Source: Arenicellales bacterium
Lineage (GTDB): Bacteria; Pseudomonadota; Gammaproteobacteria; Arenicellales; JAJDZL01
Assembly: GCA_965206345.1 (NCBI GenBank)
Contig: OZ242211.1
Location: 1,338,758 to 1,402,757, forward strand
Length of the DNA: 64,000 bases
Direction: 5' to 3'
The position numbers and the translations under genes were made by a program. Below the pieces are notes generated by a model, which was not told the DNA's origin, ran no database searches, and saw nothing but the letters and a program-made list of their open reading frames with translations. Shown here piece by piece: positions 10,652-18,787 of this stretch (within the stretch, counting starts at the first letter, position 1; each line of letters starts with the position of its first letter).

Positions 10652-11578
10652 CTAGTCAGAATTGGAATCGTCCCGCAAACGGAAACCAGCTCGCAGAATG
10701 CCCCGAATGTCACTGAGCAAATGCATGTTCTGTTCGTTGAGCTTTTCAAAGTTGTCCAGCATCTCCTTTTGCGCAACACCGAGGGACTGAATTTGATTGA
10801 TGAAGGAATTGAACTTGTCGATCGTCTCAACCGTGCTGGCCAGCATTTCACTCAATGCCTGCTCTGGAGAACGGGTTGCAACCTGATAGCGTGGAATCAT
10901 CTGGGTTGCGGTCTCATGCTCTACCCAGCCCAGGATGTAAGACTGGGTGTCGAGTAATTTAAGGTAAAAATACCCGAACAGAAAATACGACACAATCGCG
11001 GTCATCGTAGTTGAGAGTGCAGTCGACATACCATGAATAACAATATCAATACCGCTTAAACTCTCTGTTGCCGAGATTGCCGTCGATGCGCCAAGCAGTG
11101 CCACTGTCAGCGATACAATCGTACCAAAGACACCCGCCAAAATTAGAATGTTATTGATAAATTTGACAAAACTTGTCTTGCTCGTCTCTCTGGCGAGCAA
11201 CGTTGAAGCCAGCGCATTGTGATTGATTTCGGTTCGTGCTCTGAAAAATCCAGCAATGGTCCAATAACGCTGTCCAATGATGGAATCTTTTGGCAGTACA
11301 TCTCCTATATCTTCTTCTCTTCCGGACGCGACGGCGTTTGAAAAAGCATTTATTGCGATTTCTTCATTCCGGTAGTGAAGAAAAAGATGAATCATCCGCC
11401 CCATCCCAACCAAAAACAATGCCAGAATTGCGCCATTGATCACCCATCCAACTCTGGTGAGTTGATTTTCAATATACAAATCCGACAGATAGTCGAATTG
11501 CCATATAACGGCGACAATAAGAAGAGCCAGAACAACGGCTATCTGGATCAAAATTCGCTCTGATTGGTTTTTTCGCAT
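10652..11578 (-). CDS. MotA/TolQ/ExbB-family proton-channel-like membrane protein
   Basis: Four predicted TM helices. Family-like motifs are ILILAGVFGTIVSL (compare LLGLLGTVxG) and MSTALSTTMTAIVSYFLF (compare ALxTTxxGLxxAIP). There is a ~100-aa C-terminal soluble extension. The gene lies 19 nt upstream of the ExbD-like gene. Confidence 0.7.
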   Translation of the reverse strand: MRKNQSERILIQIAVVLALLIVAVIWQFDYLSDLYIENQLTRVGWVINGAILALFLVGMGRMIHLFLHYRNEEIAINAFSNAVASGREEDIGDVLPKDSIIGQRYWTIAGFFRARTEINHNALASTLLARETSKTSFVKFINNILILAGVFGTIVSLTVALLGASTAISATESLSGIDIVIHGMSTALSTTMTAIVSYFLFGYFYLKLLDTQSYILGWVEHETATQMIPRYQVATRSPEQALSEMLASTVETIDKFNSFINQIQSLGVAQKEMLDNFEKLNEQNMHLLSDIRGILRAGFRLRDDSNSD

Positions 11579-11650
11579 TTTTGCACAGATGGTGGGCTTG
11601 TTCCATTAAGGAGTATTCAAATAGTTTACTCTCAATTCAATGAATTCGCT

Positions 11651-13033
11651 CTATTTCCCGATACAAAAGCTGGCAAATATTTCACCTAGCAGTTCATCGG
11701 CTGATCGAGTTCCAACAATTTTGCCAAGCTCATCCATTGCATCTCGCAAATCCTGCGCCGCCAGTTCTCCAGATTTATTTTCACTGAGCGCAGTATGTGC
11801 ATTGACAACATATCTAAGCGCATTCTCAATCGCCTCAAGGTGCCGCCTTCGCGCAAGAAACATACCTTCATCACTTGCGGTAATACCAGCAAACTTCCGA
11901 ATGTGACTGCGAATCGCATCAATACCGAGTGCATTCTTAGCGGATATTGTGACCTCATTCGCCTGACATCCCGTTGGAGATGGAACAAAAGAATCATCAA
12001 GATCTATTTTATTCCACACAATCAACAATTTAGACTCTTCTATTTTGCCGAGATTACCCCGATCTGTGTCGCTGATGTCTTGCGTAATGTCAATCAGATA
12101 CAGTACGAGGTCTGCATCGCTGATGCTTTGCCAAGCTCGTGATATACCTTCCTGTTCGACGGGATTGTCACTAACTCGAAGACCAGCAGTATCCGTTATG
12201 CGAACCGCTAGGCCTTCAATGTCAACGACAAGATCCACTGTATCCCGGGTGGTTCCTGCATAGGGTGTCACGATTGAACGCTCAAGACCAGCGAGCTGGT
12301 TTAGCAGGCTGGATTTCCCGGCATTGGGTAACCCCGCGATGACGACTTCTATCCCCTCGCGCATCACCTTTCCCCGCTCTGCAGCATTCAGCAGATCAGC
12401 GAGCTCACTTCTAATCCCAACCACTGACGTGATCAGTTGCTGATCATCTAGGAAATCAATCTCTTCGTCCGGAAAATCGATGGCAGATTCAACATAGATT
12501 CGCAGATTCTGCAGCTGATCCATTATTCGAGATACTTTGTAGGAAAAGTCTCCCTTTAGCGAACGCAGTGCACATCGTGCTGCAGCTTCTGTCGAACTGT
12601 TGATCAAGTCGACAACCGCCTCAGCCTGGGCGAGGTCAATTTTCGAATTCAAAAATGCGCGGCGGGTAAATTCCCCAGGTTCAGCAGTGCGAGCGCCTAA
12701 ATCGAGGACCCTTGCCAACAGCATACCAAGCACCACCGGGCCGCCATGACACTGAAATTCAACAACGTCTTCGCCAGTATAGGAGTTAGGTGCTGGAAAA
12801 AAGAGCAACACTCCCCGATCAATTTCGCCACCCTCGCCATCGTAAAAGATACGATAGCCAGCGTTTCTCGGTGGCGGAACCGAGCTACTCAGACGGGCTG
12901 CGATTGCTACTGAATTGGGCCCGGAAAGACGGACAATTCCAATGCCACCCACGCCAGCGGGTGTTGATATGGCAGCAATCGTATCGGTATCACCACCATC
13001 TATTCCGCGATCAGTTTGCGGGTGATATACCAC
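11651..13033 (-). CDS. mnmE: tRNA modification GTPase MnmE (TrmE)
   Basis: DTIAAISTP at the N-terminus, G1 motif GLPNAGKSSLLN and the C-terminal CIGK. GTG start overlapping the end of yidC. Confidence 0.95.
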   Translation of the reverse strand: MVYHPQTDRGIDGGDTDTIAAISTPAGVGGIGIVRLSGPNSVAIAARLSSSVPPPRNAGYRIFYDGEGGEIDRGVLLFFPAPNSYTGEDVVEFQCHGGPVVLGMLLARVLDLGARTAEPGEFTRRAFLNSKIDLAQAEAVVDLINSSTEAAARCALRSLKGDFSYKVSRIMDQLQNLRIYVESAIDFPDEEIDFLDDQQLITSVVGIRSELADLLNAAERGKVMREGIEVVIAGLPNAGKSSLLNQLAGLERSIVTPYAGTTRDTVDLVVDIEGLAVRITDTAGLRVSDNPVEQEGISRAWQSISDADLVLYLIDITQDISDTDRGNLGKIEESKLLIVWNKIDLDDSFVPSPTGCQANEVTISAKNALGIDAIRSHIRKFAGITASDEGMFLARRRHLEAIENALRYVVNAHTALSENKSGELAAQDLRDAMDELGKIVGTRSADELLGEIFASFCIGK

Positions 13034-14697
13034 TGCTGTGCAATTGAAAGGATGTTATTGACCAGCCAGTAAAGCACAAGTCCGGAAGGAAACCAAAGGA
13101 AAAAGACTGTAAAAACGATAGGCAGTGCCATCATGATGTTTTTCTGCATTGCATCCAGAGGAGTTGGATTCAGGAATTGCTGGGCAAACATGGAAGCGCC
13201 CATCAGAACTGGCAACACATAAAAGGGATCTGAGCGGGAAAGATCCGTCAACCAAAAAATAAACGGTGCCTGTCGAAGTTCCACACTTTCCAGCAACACC
13301 CAGTAGAGCGCAATGAACACTGGAATTTGTATCAGGATCGGCAAACAGCCTCCCAAAGGATTGATCTTCTCTTTCTTGTAGATCTGCATCATTTCCTGGT
13401 TCAGCTTCTGCTTGTCATCACCGTATCTCTCCTTAAGTGTCTTAAGGCGCGGCTGTAATTTTTTCATTCTCGCCATCGATTTGTAGCTGGCTGCTGACAG
13501 CGGATAAAAGACAATCTTGACCAGTAAAGTCAGAGCGATGATGGAAAATCCCCAGTTTTGAATAAAGTCGTTGATTTTGTCCAGAATCCAGAATAGCGGC
13601 GATGAAACAGGCGTGAGCCAACCATAATCGACAGTCAGAATCAGACCCTCGGCCGGGTCCTTGATCCGGTCTTGTTCTTTGGGACCCACATAAAGTCGGG
13701 TGTTGATCGCCCCGACTGAGTCATTGGCAACCGTCAATGGGCTCTGCGATATGTACCCGATCTGGTAGCGCAAATTTGCACCGTGCCCGTCCAGCGGCCC
13801 CGTATAGAATCGATAGGGGGCATTTTCTTCAGGCAGCCATGCGGTCACAAAATAGTGCTGCAGCATGGCAACCCACCCCGACTGGGTTAGAAATTCAGGT
13901 CGTTCATTTCGAATTTCTTTGAAATCAACCTTATCGTACTTGTCTTCCGGGGTATAGATGGCTGCACCTTGATAACTTGGCAGCGCTCTAAGGAAAAGGA
14001 AGCCTTCGCCATCAGGCTGATGTTCGGTGGCTACATACTGCCCATAGTCATATCCTTGCCATTCACGACCACTCTTGTTTGAAATTTGATATTCAATATC
14101 AATTAAGTAACTGTCGCGGTGAAAGGTAAACAGTTTGGTGTACTCGACTCCATCAGGCGATTCCCAGTGCAATGGAACTTCGATGAAGTCTTCCCCCGTG
14201 CCCAATGTATATGACTGCGATTCTGCTTGAAATTGAGTCTTGTGATTTGGAAATTCAAAATCATTTCCGACTAACCCAGATTGTGCGATTAGGACTTCAG
14301 GCGGCTGATCTTTAAGCAGTCTGAACGGCACATCCGGCATCTCAACTTCAACTGGGTATTGAATCAAACGAGTGTCTTTTAACTGTGCGCCGAGTGTATC
14401 GATCTTGACCTTAAGCAGATCAGTCTCTACAGCTACGATTGTGCCTGATTCATTTGATTCAGTCGGTAGAACAGTTTGAGGAAGTGGAGTGGCGGATGAA
14501 TCTGGCGCCTGAGGCATGATTGATGTTTCCGCCTGTGGTCTGGGCTCCGGAGTCTGCGGTAATTCTGCATCGACTACCGATTCAGTCGGGAGCGTATTAA
14601 TTTGCGGTGTACTTCGAAAATCAACCCATGCCTGCCAGATCAGCAGCAGAATCAAACCTAGCGAAATTGCCAGAAGCGCGCGGCGAAAATCCATCAT
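13000..14697 (-). CDS. yidC: membrane protein insertase YidC
   Basis: N-terminal TM, a large periplasmic domain, and the conserved core [22 protein letters not shown]. Conserved position. Confidence 0.96.
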   Translation of the reverse strand: MMDFRRALLAISLGLILLLIWQAWVDFRSTPQINTLPTESVVDAELPQTPEPRPQAETSIMPQAPDSSATPLPQTVLPTESNESGTIVAVETDLLKVKIDTLGAQLKDTRLIQYPVEVEMPDVPFRLLKDQPPEVLIAQSGLVGNDFEFPNHKTQFQAESQSYTLGTGEDFIEVPLHWESPDGVEYTKLFTFHRDSYLIDIEYQISNKSGREWQGYDYGQYVATEHQPDGEGFLFLRALPSYQGAAIYTPEDKYDKVDFKEIRNERPEFLTQSGWVAMLQHYFVTAWLPEENAPYRFYTGPLDGHGANLRYQIGYISQSPLTVANDSVGAINTRLYVGPKEQDRIKDPAEGLILTVDYGWLTPVSSPLFWILDKINDFIQNWGFSIIALTLLVKIVFYPLSAASYKSMARMKKLQPRLKTLKERYGDDKQKLNQEMMQIYKKEKINPLGGCLPILIQIPVFIALYWVLLESVELRQAPFIFWLTDLSRSDPFYVLPVLMGASMFAQQFLNPTPLDAMQKNIMMALPIVFTVFFLWFPSGLVLYWLVNNILSIAQQWYITRKLIAE

Positions 14698-14921
14698 TTC
14701 TGTTCAGTCGTTCCTGGAACCGGATCATAGCCACCCGCATTCCACGGATGACAGCGTCCAATCCGGCGTAGCGCATACCAGCTACCCTTAAGGGCACCGT
14801 GTTTTTCGATTGCTTGCAACGCGTAGCTTGAACAGGTTGGATAAAAACGGCAACTTGGCGGCATCAGAGGGCTGATCGCATAACGATAGAACTTCACTGC
14901 AAAAATGAACAATCGTTTCAT
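14694..14921 (-). CDS. yidD: membrane protein insertion efficiency factor YidD
   Basis: [11 protein letters not shown] motif. 75 aa. 4-nt overlaps with both rnpA and yidC. Confidence 0.9.
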   Translation of the reverse strand: MKRLFIFAVKFYRYAISPLMPPSCRFYPTCSSYALQAIEKHGALKGSWYALRRIGRCHPWNAGGYDPVPGTTEQK

Positions 14922-15280
14922 GATTCCAGTTTTCTTAACAGCTTGACAACACTTCCAGACAACTCATCATTAGTCGCGGATTCGCATATGCGATGAGCGA
15001 TAACAATCAAGTCCATGTTTTTCAGTTTATGCCGATTCAGTCTGAACGCTTCGCGTAGTTGGCGTTTGATACGATTGCGGTTGACAGCTTTTCGCGACAC
15101 CCGGCGGGAAACAATGATTCCGATCCTCGAATCAGACTGATCGTGCTTGTATCGAACCAGTATGCGGAAATGGCGATTTGAGACTTTTTTATGCTGACTG
15201 AAGACTGCCCTAAATTGTGCAGAACCTGTCAATCTGCAACGTTTTGGGAATTGAAATTCTAACTTTTGAATTTCATGCAC
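14918..15280 (-). CDS. rnpA: ribonuclease P protein component
   Basis: Basic 120-aa protein ([19 protein letters not shown]) in the conserved slot between rpmH and yidD. GTG start. Confidence 0.9.
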   Translation of the reverse strand: MHEIQKLEFQFPKRCRLTGSAQFRAVFSQHKKVSNRHFRILVRYKHDQSDSRIGIIVSRRVSRKAVNRNRIKRQLREAFRLNRHKLKNMDLIVIAHRICESATNDELSGSVVKLLRKLES

Positions 15281-15407
15281 TTAGACGTGAACGACCCTTG
15301 GCTCGGCGTGAATTGATCACTGCGCGTCCGCCACGTGTACGCATCCGTGCTCTAAACCCGTGCTTGCGCTTTCGTTTTAAGTTGCTTGGCTGAAAGGTGC
15401 GTTTCAT
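15273..15407 (-). CDS. rpmH: 50S ribosomal protein L34
   Basis: Not in the ORF track because it is under 60 aa. My own translation of the minus strand gives [44 protein letters not shown] (44 aa), the canonical L34 sequence. It overlaps the rnpA start by 8 nt. Confidence 0.95.
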   Translation of the reverse strand: MKRTFQPSNLKRKRKHGFRARMRTRGGRAVINSRRAKGRSRLSA

Positions 15408-15722
15408 AGTAACTAACTGGCTTCAATATACACAAAAGAGGCTTGACGACTACCGGCTGAGGTCGCAACATCTGCTTCAGTCATCCGCAAAATCGAATGG
15501 AAAATTATAGCAAACGAAAATTTTGTTAACTGAGTGAAAATTACCAAAACCGCAAGTGTATTATTATTGTAAGATAGCAGTTCACGATTCGATACACCTT
15601 GTGCGGTTGGCTATGCCCTGCAAGGTATGGAATTGAAACGAAAATAAAAAAATTCAGCCTCGCTTCGTCACTCTTAAAAGGTTGTCGAACATTACTTGAA
15701 GGAGCATTTGAGCCATATTCCG

Positions 15723-17078
15723 ATGGTACCCTTGAATCTCTGGGAGAGCATCTTAGAACAGCTGGAGCAGGAGGTTAGTGAAAAAGACCGCCACGCTTGG
15801 CTGCGTACATTGAGTGCCGATTCAGAAAACGGTGTACTGGTGCTTAGGGCGCCAAATGCTTACGTCAAATCCGGCATTGAATCCAAGTGGCTGAATAGAA
15901 TAACTGAGTTAGCCTGTGCTTACCAGGGCGACCGTGTTGCAGTGAAGATCGAATTGGAATCAGGAAACGATTCTTCGCATCGTAAACGGTCCAGACCAAG
16001 TAATACCACCAGCAAATCGAAAGGCCCGAAAAAACTGCCGTACGGATTCAGTCAGTTAGACCCCGCCTTCACTTTTGAACAACACATTGTTGGCGAATCA
16101 AATCAACTCGCAAGATCTGCTGCAGAGGCGGCGAGCAGAGACCCTGGTCAAAGGGAATACAACCCGCTGTTCATTTACGGTACGGTTGGAATTGGCAAGA
16201 CGCATTTGATGCAGGCGGCGGGGCACGCACTGGAATCGAATTTTCCGAATGCGAAGGTTGGATACGTTAACGCCCAAAATTTCGTGCAGCACACCATACA
16301 GGCCATCATGCAACGCAACAATAACGCTGCTGAGCGAATGAAGGCCGCCTACCGAGAACTGGATGCGTTGCTGATTGATGACATACATCTGTTTTCCGGC
16401 GGTGAATCTTCCCAGAGCGAGTTTCTGCAAACATTCAATTTGCTGCTTGAAGGTGGTAAACAGGTGATTTTAACCAGCGATAAGTTTGCAAGAGAGCTTG
16501 TTCATGTTGAAGAACGCATTACTTCCAGATTGAGCCAGGGTTTGACCGTTCGAATCAGGCAGCCAGAATTGGAAACCCGAATTGCGATTTTGGAAACCAA
16601 GGCTAGATTGCGATCGATTACGTTAGCACCCGAAGTATTGAGATATTTAGCAGACAACATCACTGCCAGTGTCCGGGAACTCGAAGGCGCTCTCAACAAG
16701 CTGACAGCCACACACCGCCTCACCGGGAAAGACATAACGGTTGGATTTGTCAGGGAACAGCTGGCAGATTTTCTGGAATTTGATGCGCGACCGATCACTG
16801 TAGAATTCATACAACAAACTGTGTCACACTTTTATGGAATCAGACATTCAGACATGCTCTCCAGCAATAGACGAGGCGATCTGGTTTCAGCGCGCCACGT
16901 TGCTATGAGCCTAGCGCGGGAGTTCACCAATTACAGCCTGCCAGAGATCGGCAAAGCTTTCGGAGGCAGAAATCATGGAACGATCATTCATGCACAAAAG
17001 AGAGTCAAAGCGCGCATGAGAGAAGACAGGCGATTCAGGGAAGAATACGAAAACCTGCAGGATCAATTCAGGCGGTGA
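15723..17078 (+). CDS. dnaA: chromosomal replication initiator protein DnaA
   Basis: Walker A GTVGIGKTHL, a box VII-type region, and the C-terminal DNA-binding domain (SARHVAMSLAREFTNYSLPEIGKAFGGRNHGTIIHAQKRV). The ORF track begins at TTG 15696. ATG 15723 (MVPLNLWESILEQL...) fits the family N-terminus better. Confidence 0.96.
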   Translation: MVPLNLWESILEQLEQEVSEKDRHAWLRTLSADSENGVLVLRAPNAYVKSGIESKWLNRITELACAYQGDRVAVKIELESGNDSSHRKRSRPSNTTSKSKGPKKLPYGFSQLDPAFTFEQHIVGESNQLARSAAEAASRDPGQREYNPLFIYGTVGIGKTHLMQAAGHALESNFPNAKVGYVNAQNFVQHTIQAIMQRNNNAAERMKAAYRELDALLIDDIHLFSGGESSQSEFLQTFNLLLEGGKQVILTSDKFARELVHVEERITSRLSQGLTVRIRQPELETRIAILETKARLRSITLAPEVLRYLADNITASVRELEGALNKLTATHRLTGKDITVGFVREQLADFLEFDARPITVEFIQQTVSHFYGIRHSDMLSSNRRGDLVSARHVAMSLAREFTNYSLPEIGKAFGGRNHGTIIHAQKRVKARMREDRRFREEYENLQDQFRR

Positions 17079-17304
17079 TCGATCAGTTCAACTATTCCGG
17101 ATGCGACTTCCCGTAAATTATCTCGACGTCTGTCAAACATAGAATTTGCGCTAGTTTCGCATGAGCCTGAAGTGGCTTTCCTGACTCGCTGTTTCGATGG
17201 AATGGTTAAGCATCAGTTCCGACGATCTTTTATCCCGTTTTGTGTTTGAATTTCAACGGAAATTCATCAATTGACAAGGATTGGGTGTATAATTTGCGAA
17301 CAAA

Positions 17305-17384
17305 TGTGAATAACTCGATACGGATTTTGTTCAAGTTGAAATCCATCCACATTCTTCCACAGTTTCTTCACCATTTTCTTCACA
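17305..17384. promoter_or_regulatory. cluster of DnaA-box-like 9-mers in the dnaA-dnaN spacer
   Basis: The boxes are TGTGAATAA (17305-17313, 8/9 to the reverse box TGTGGATAA), CCATCCACA (17343-17351), TCTTCCACA (17353-17361), TTCTTCACC (17364-17372) and TTCTTCACA (17376-17384). The last four are spaced 10-12 bp apart in the same orientation. An AT-rich stretch follows (17400-17483), and a TATAAT lies at 17288-17293. Confidence 0.45.
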
Positions 17385-17492
17385 GATTTTTGCTCTCTAT
17401 CTCATTGATAATAGGTGAGTATTGAGGTTTTTGACACAATTTGCAAGCCTAACAAAAAAAGAAAACATTTATAAACAACTTTATTGGTTACC

Positions 17493-18689
17493 ATGCAATT
17501 CCTGATTGAAAAAGATGCGATTATCGATCCTTTGACCCGAGTTTCGTCCGTCATTGATTCCGGTCCAACAATTCCAATCCTGTCGCAGGTTTTGATTGAA
17601 ACAAATAGTGATGGTATTCGCCTGTGGGGTTCCAACATTGATATGGAAGCCAGCGAGCGAATTGTCGATGTCGATGTCGCTGCTGAAGGCAGGTTTGTCT
17701 GCTCTGCACAGTTGTTGCTGGAGTATTGTCGCCGTCAGCGAAATGGCAGTCGTCTGAGCTTTTTTCGTAGCAACAGAGATTTGGTGGTTGAGAATATTGA
17801 TACGACTGCAATGGGCACTCCGCCCGAAGCCAATGGGGATGCATCGGAGGATTTTAAGAATGCATTTACCGAAACATTGCTGGATCCGGACGATTTTCCA
17901 TACCTTAGTGTTGGTGAAGATGAGTGGGCACTACAGTTTGATATTGATCGGTTTGCGTTGCGTAGCATTCTCAAGCGGACGGAGCATGCAATGGGCCAAA
18001 ACGAACCGCGTATGTATTTGAATTCCACTTTATTGGAGGTTTCGAATACCTCAGTACGCGCAGTCACCACTGACAGCCATCGCTTGGCAATCAGTGAAAC
18101 GAACCTGGATACAGAAATTGGCGATGCATTTTTTCGACATCGTGCCGTGCTACCGCGGAAAACTGCGCTTGAACTCAGCAAGGTTCTGGGAACCTTGACT
18201 TCAAGAGTTACGGTAAAGATCAAGAACACACACATTCAGGTATCGACACCTTACTACTCTTTTACTTCAAAACTGCTGGAAGGTGCATTTCCAGATTGGC
18301 GTGCGGCTGTACCCGGGGATCTGGACCTGGCGTTTCGTGCAAACCGAGAGGAACTTGCCAATGGCTTGAGGACGGTCGGTATTCTCGGTATGTCGCAGCG
18401 GGATGCAAACAAATCGCGAATTGCGGCCAAAGTAGAAGTGAGCGGCGGTAGACTGGATATTCGAGCCGACGTTGTTCAGAAGAAAGTTGAACACACAATG
18501 AATGTGGAAGAGAATGTGGAAAAACACGTGTTCCAGATCAATTACCGATACCTGTTAGACGCGCTCGACGCAATGCCTGATTGCGAGAACGCCGATGTGT
18601 ATTTGCGGGATACCCAATCCGCCTGCCATGTAAAGTTTCCTGAAGATGAATCAACCAGTTTTCTGGTTATGCTGCTGAAAGACAGTTAG
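17493..18689 (+). CDS. dnaN: DNA polymerase III beta sliding clamp (divergent)
   Basis: Conserved position. Recognisable blocks are PTIPILSQVLIE, MYLNSTLLE, TTDSHRLA, SKLLEGAFPDW and FLVMLL at the C-terminus. About 30 aa longer than E. coli DnaN, with an acidic insert (ENIDTTAMGTPPEANGDASEDF...). The ORF track starts at TTG 17484. I prefer ATG 17493. Confidence 0.85.
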   Translation: MQFLIEKDAIIDPLTRVSSVIDSGPTIPILSQVLIETNSDGIRLWGSNIDMEASERIVDVDVAAEGRFVCSAQLLLEYCRRQRNGSRLSFFRSNRDLVVENIDTTAMGTPPEANGDASEDFKNAFTETLLDPDDFPYLSVGEDEWALQFDIDRFALRSILKRTEHAMGQNEPRMYLNSTLLEVSNTSVRAVTTDSHRLAISETNLDTEIGDAFFRHRAVLPRKTALELSKVLGTLTSRVTVKIKNTHIQVSTPYYSFTSKLLEGAFPDWRAAVPGDLDLAFRANREELANGLRTVGILGMSQRDANKSRIAAKVEVSGGRLDIRADVVQKKVEHTMNVEENVEKHVFQINYRYLLDALDAMPDCENADVYLRDTQSACHVKFPEDESTSFLVMLLKDS

Positions 18690-18787
18690 TGCTCGCAACA
18701 GCAGCAAAATAATTCAGTAACTTTCGTTTGTGCTAGATGCGTTCGCCAGCCAATCCAACGCATTCAACACAGCATTCATTGGATAAG

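Noticed and set aside
7732-11578. Zorya (ZorAB) anti-phage system or a flagellar MotAB stator
   Set aside because: In Zorya the long tail belongs to the MotA-like ZorA, and ZorB has a peptidoglycan-binding domain, with ZorC/ZorD-type genes adjacent. Here the tail is on the ExbD/MotB-like subunit. There is no OmpA-like peptidoglycan-binding motif and no further system genes, because the locus is flanked by mnmE and mnmG. No flagellar genes are present either.
15408-15722. Pseudomonas-type oriC between rpmH and dnaA
   Set aside because: Reading both strands I found no 9-mer within one mismatch of TTATCCACA. The best is TCATCCGCA, with 2 mismatches. This is likely just the dnaA and rpmH promoter regions.
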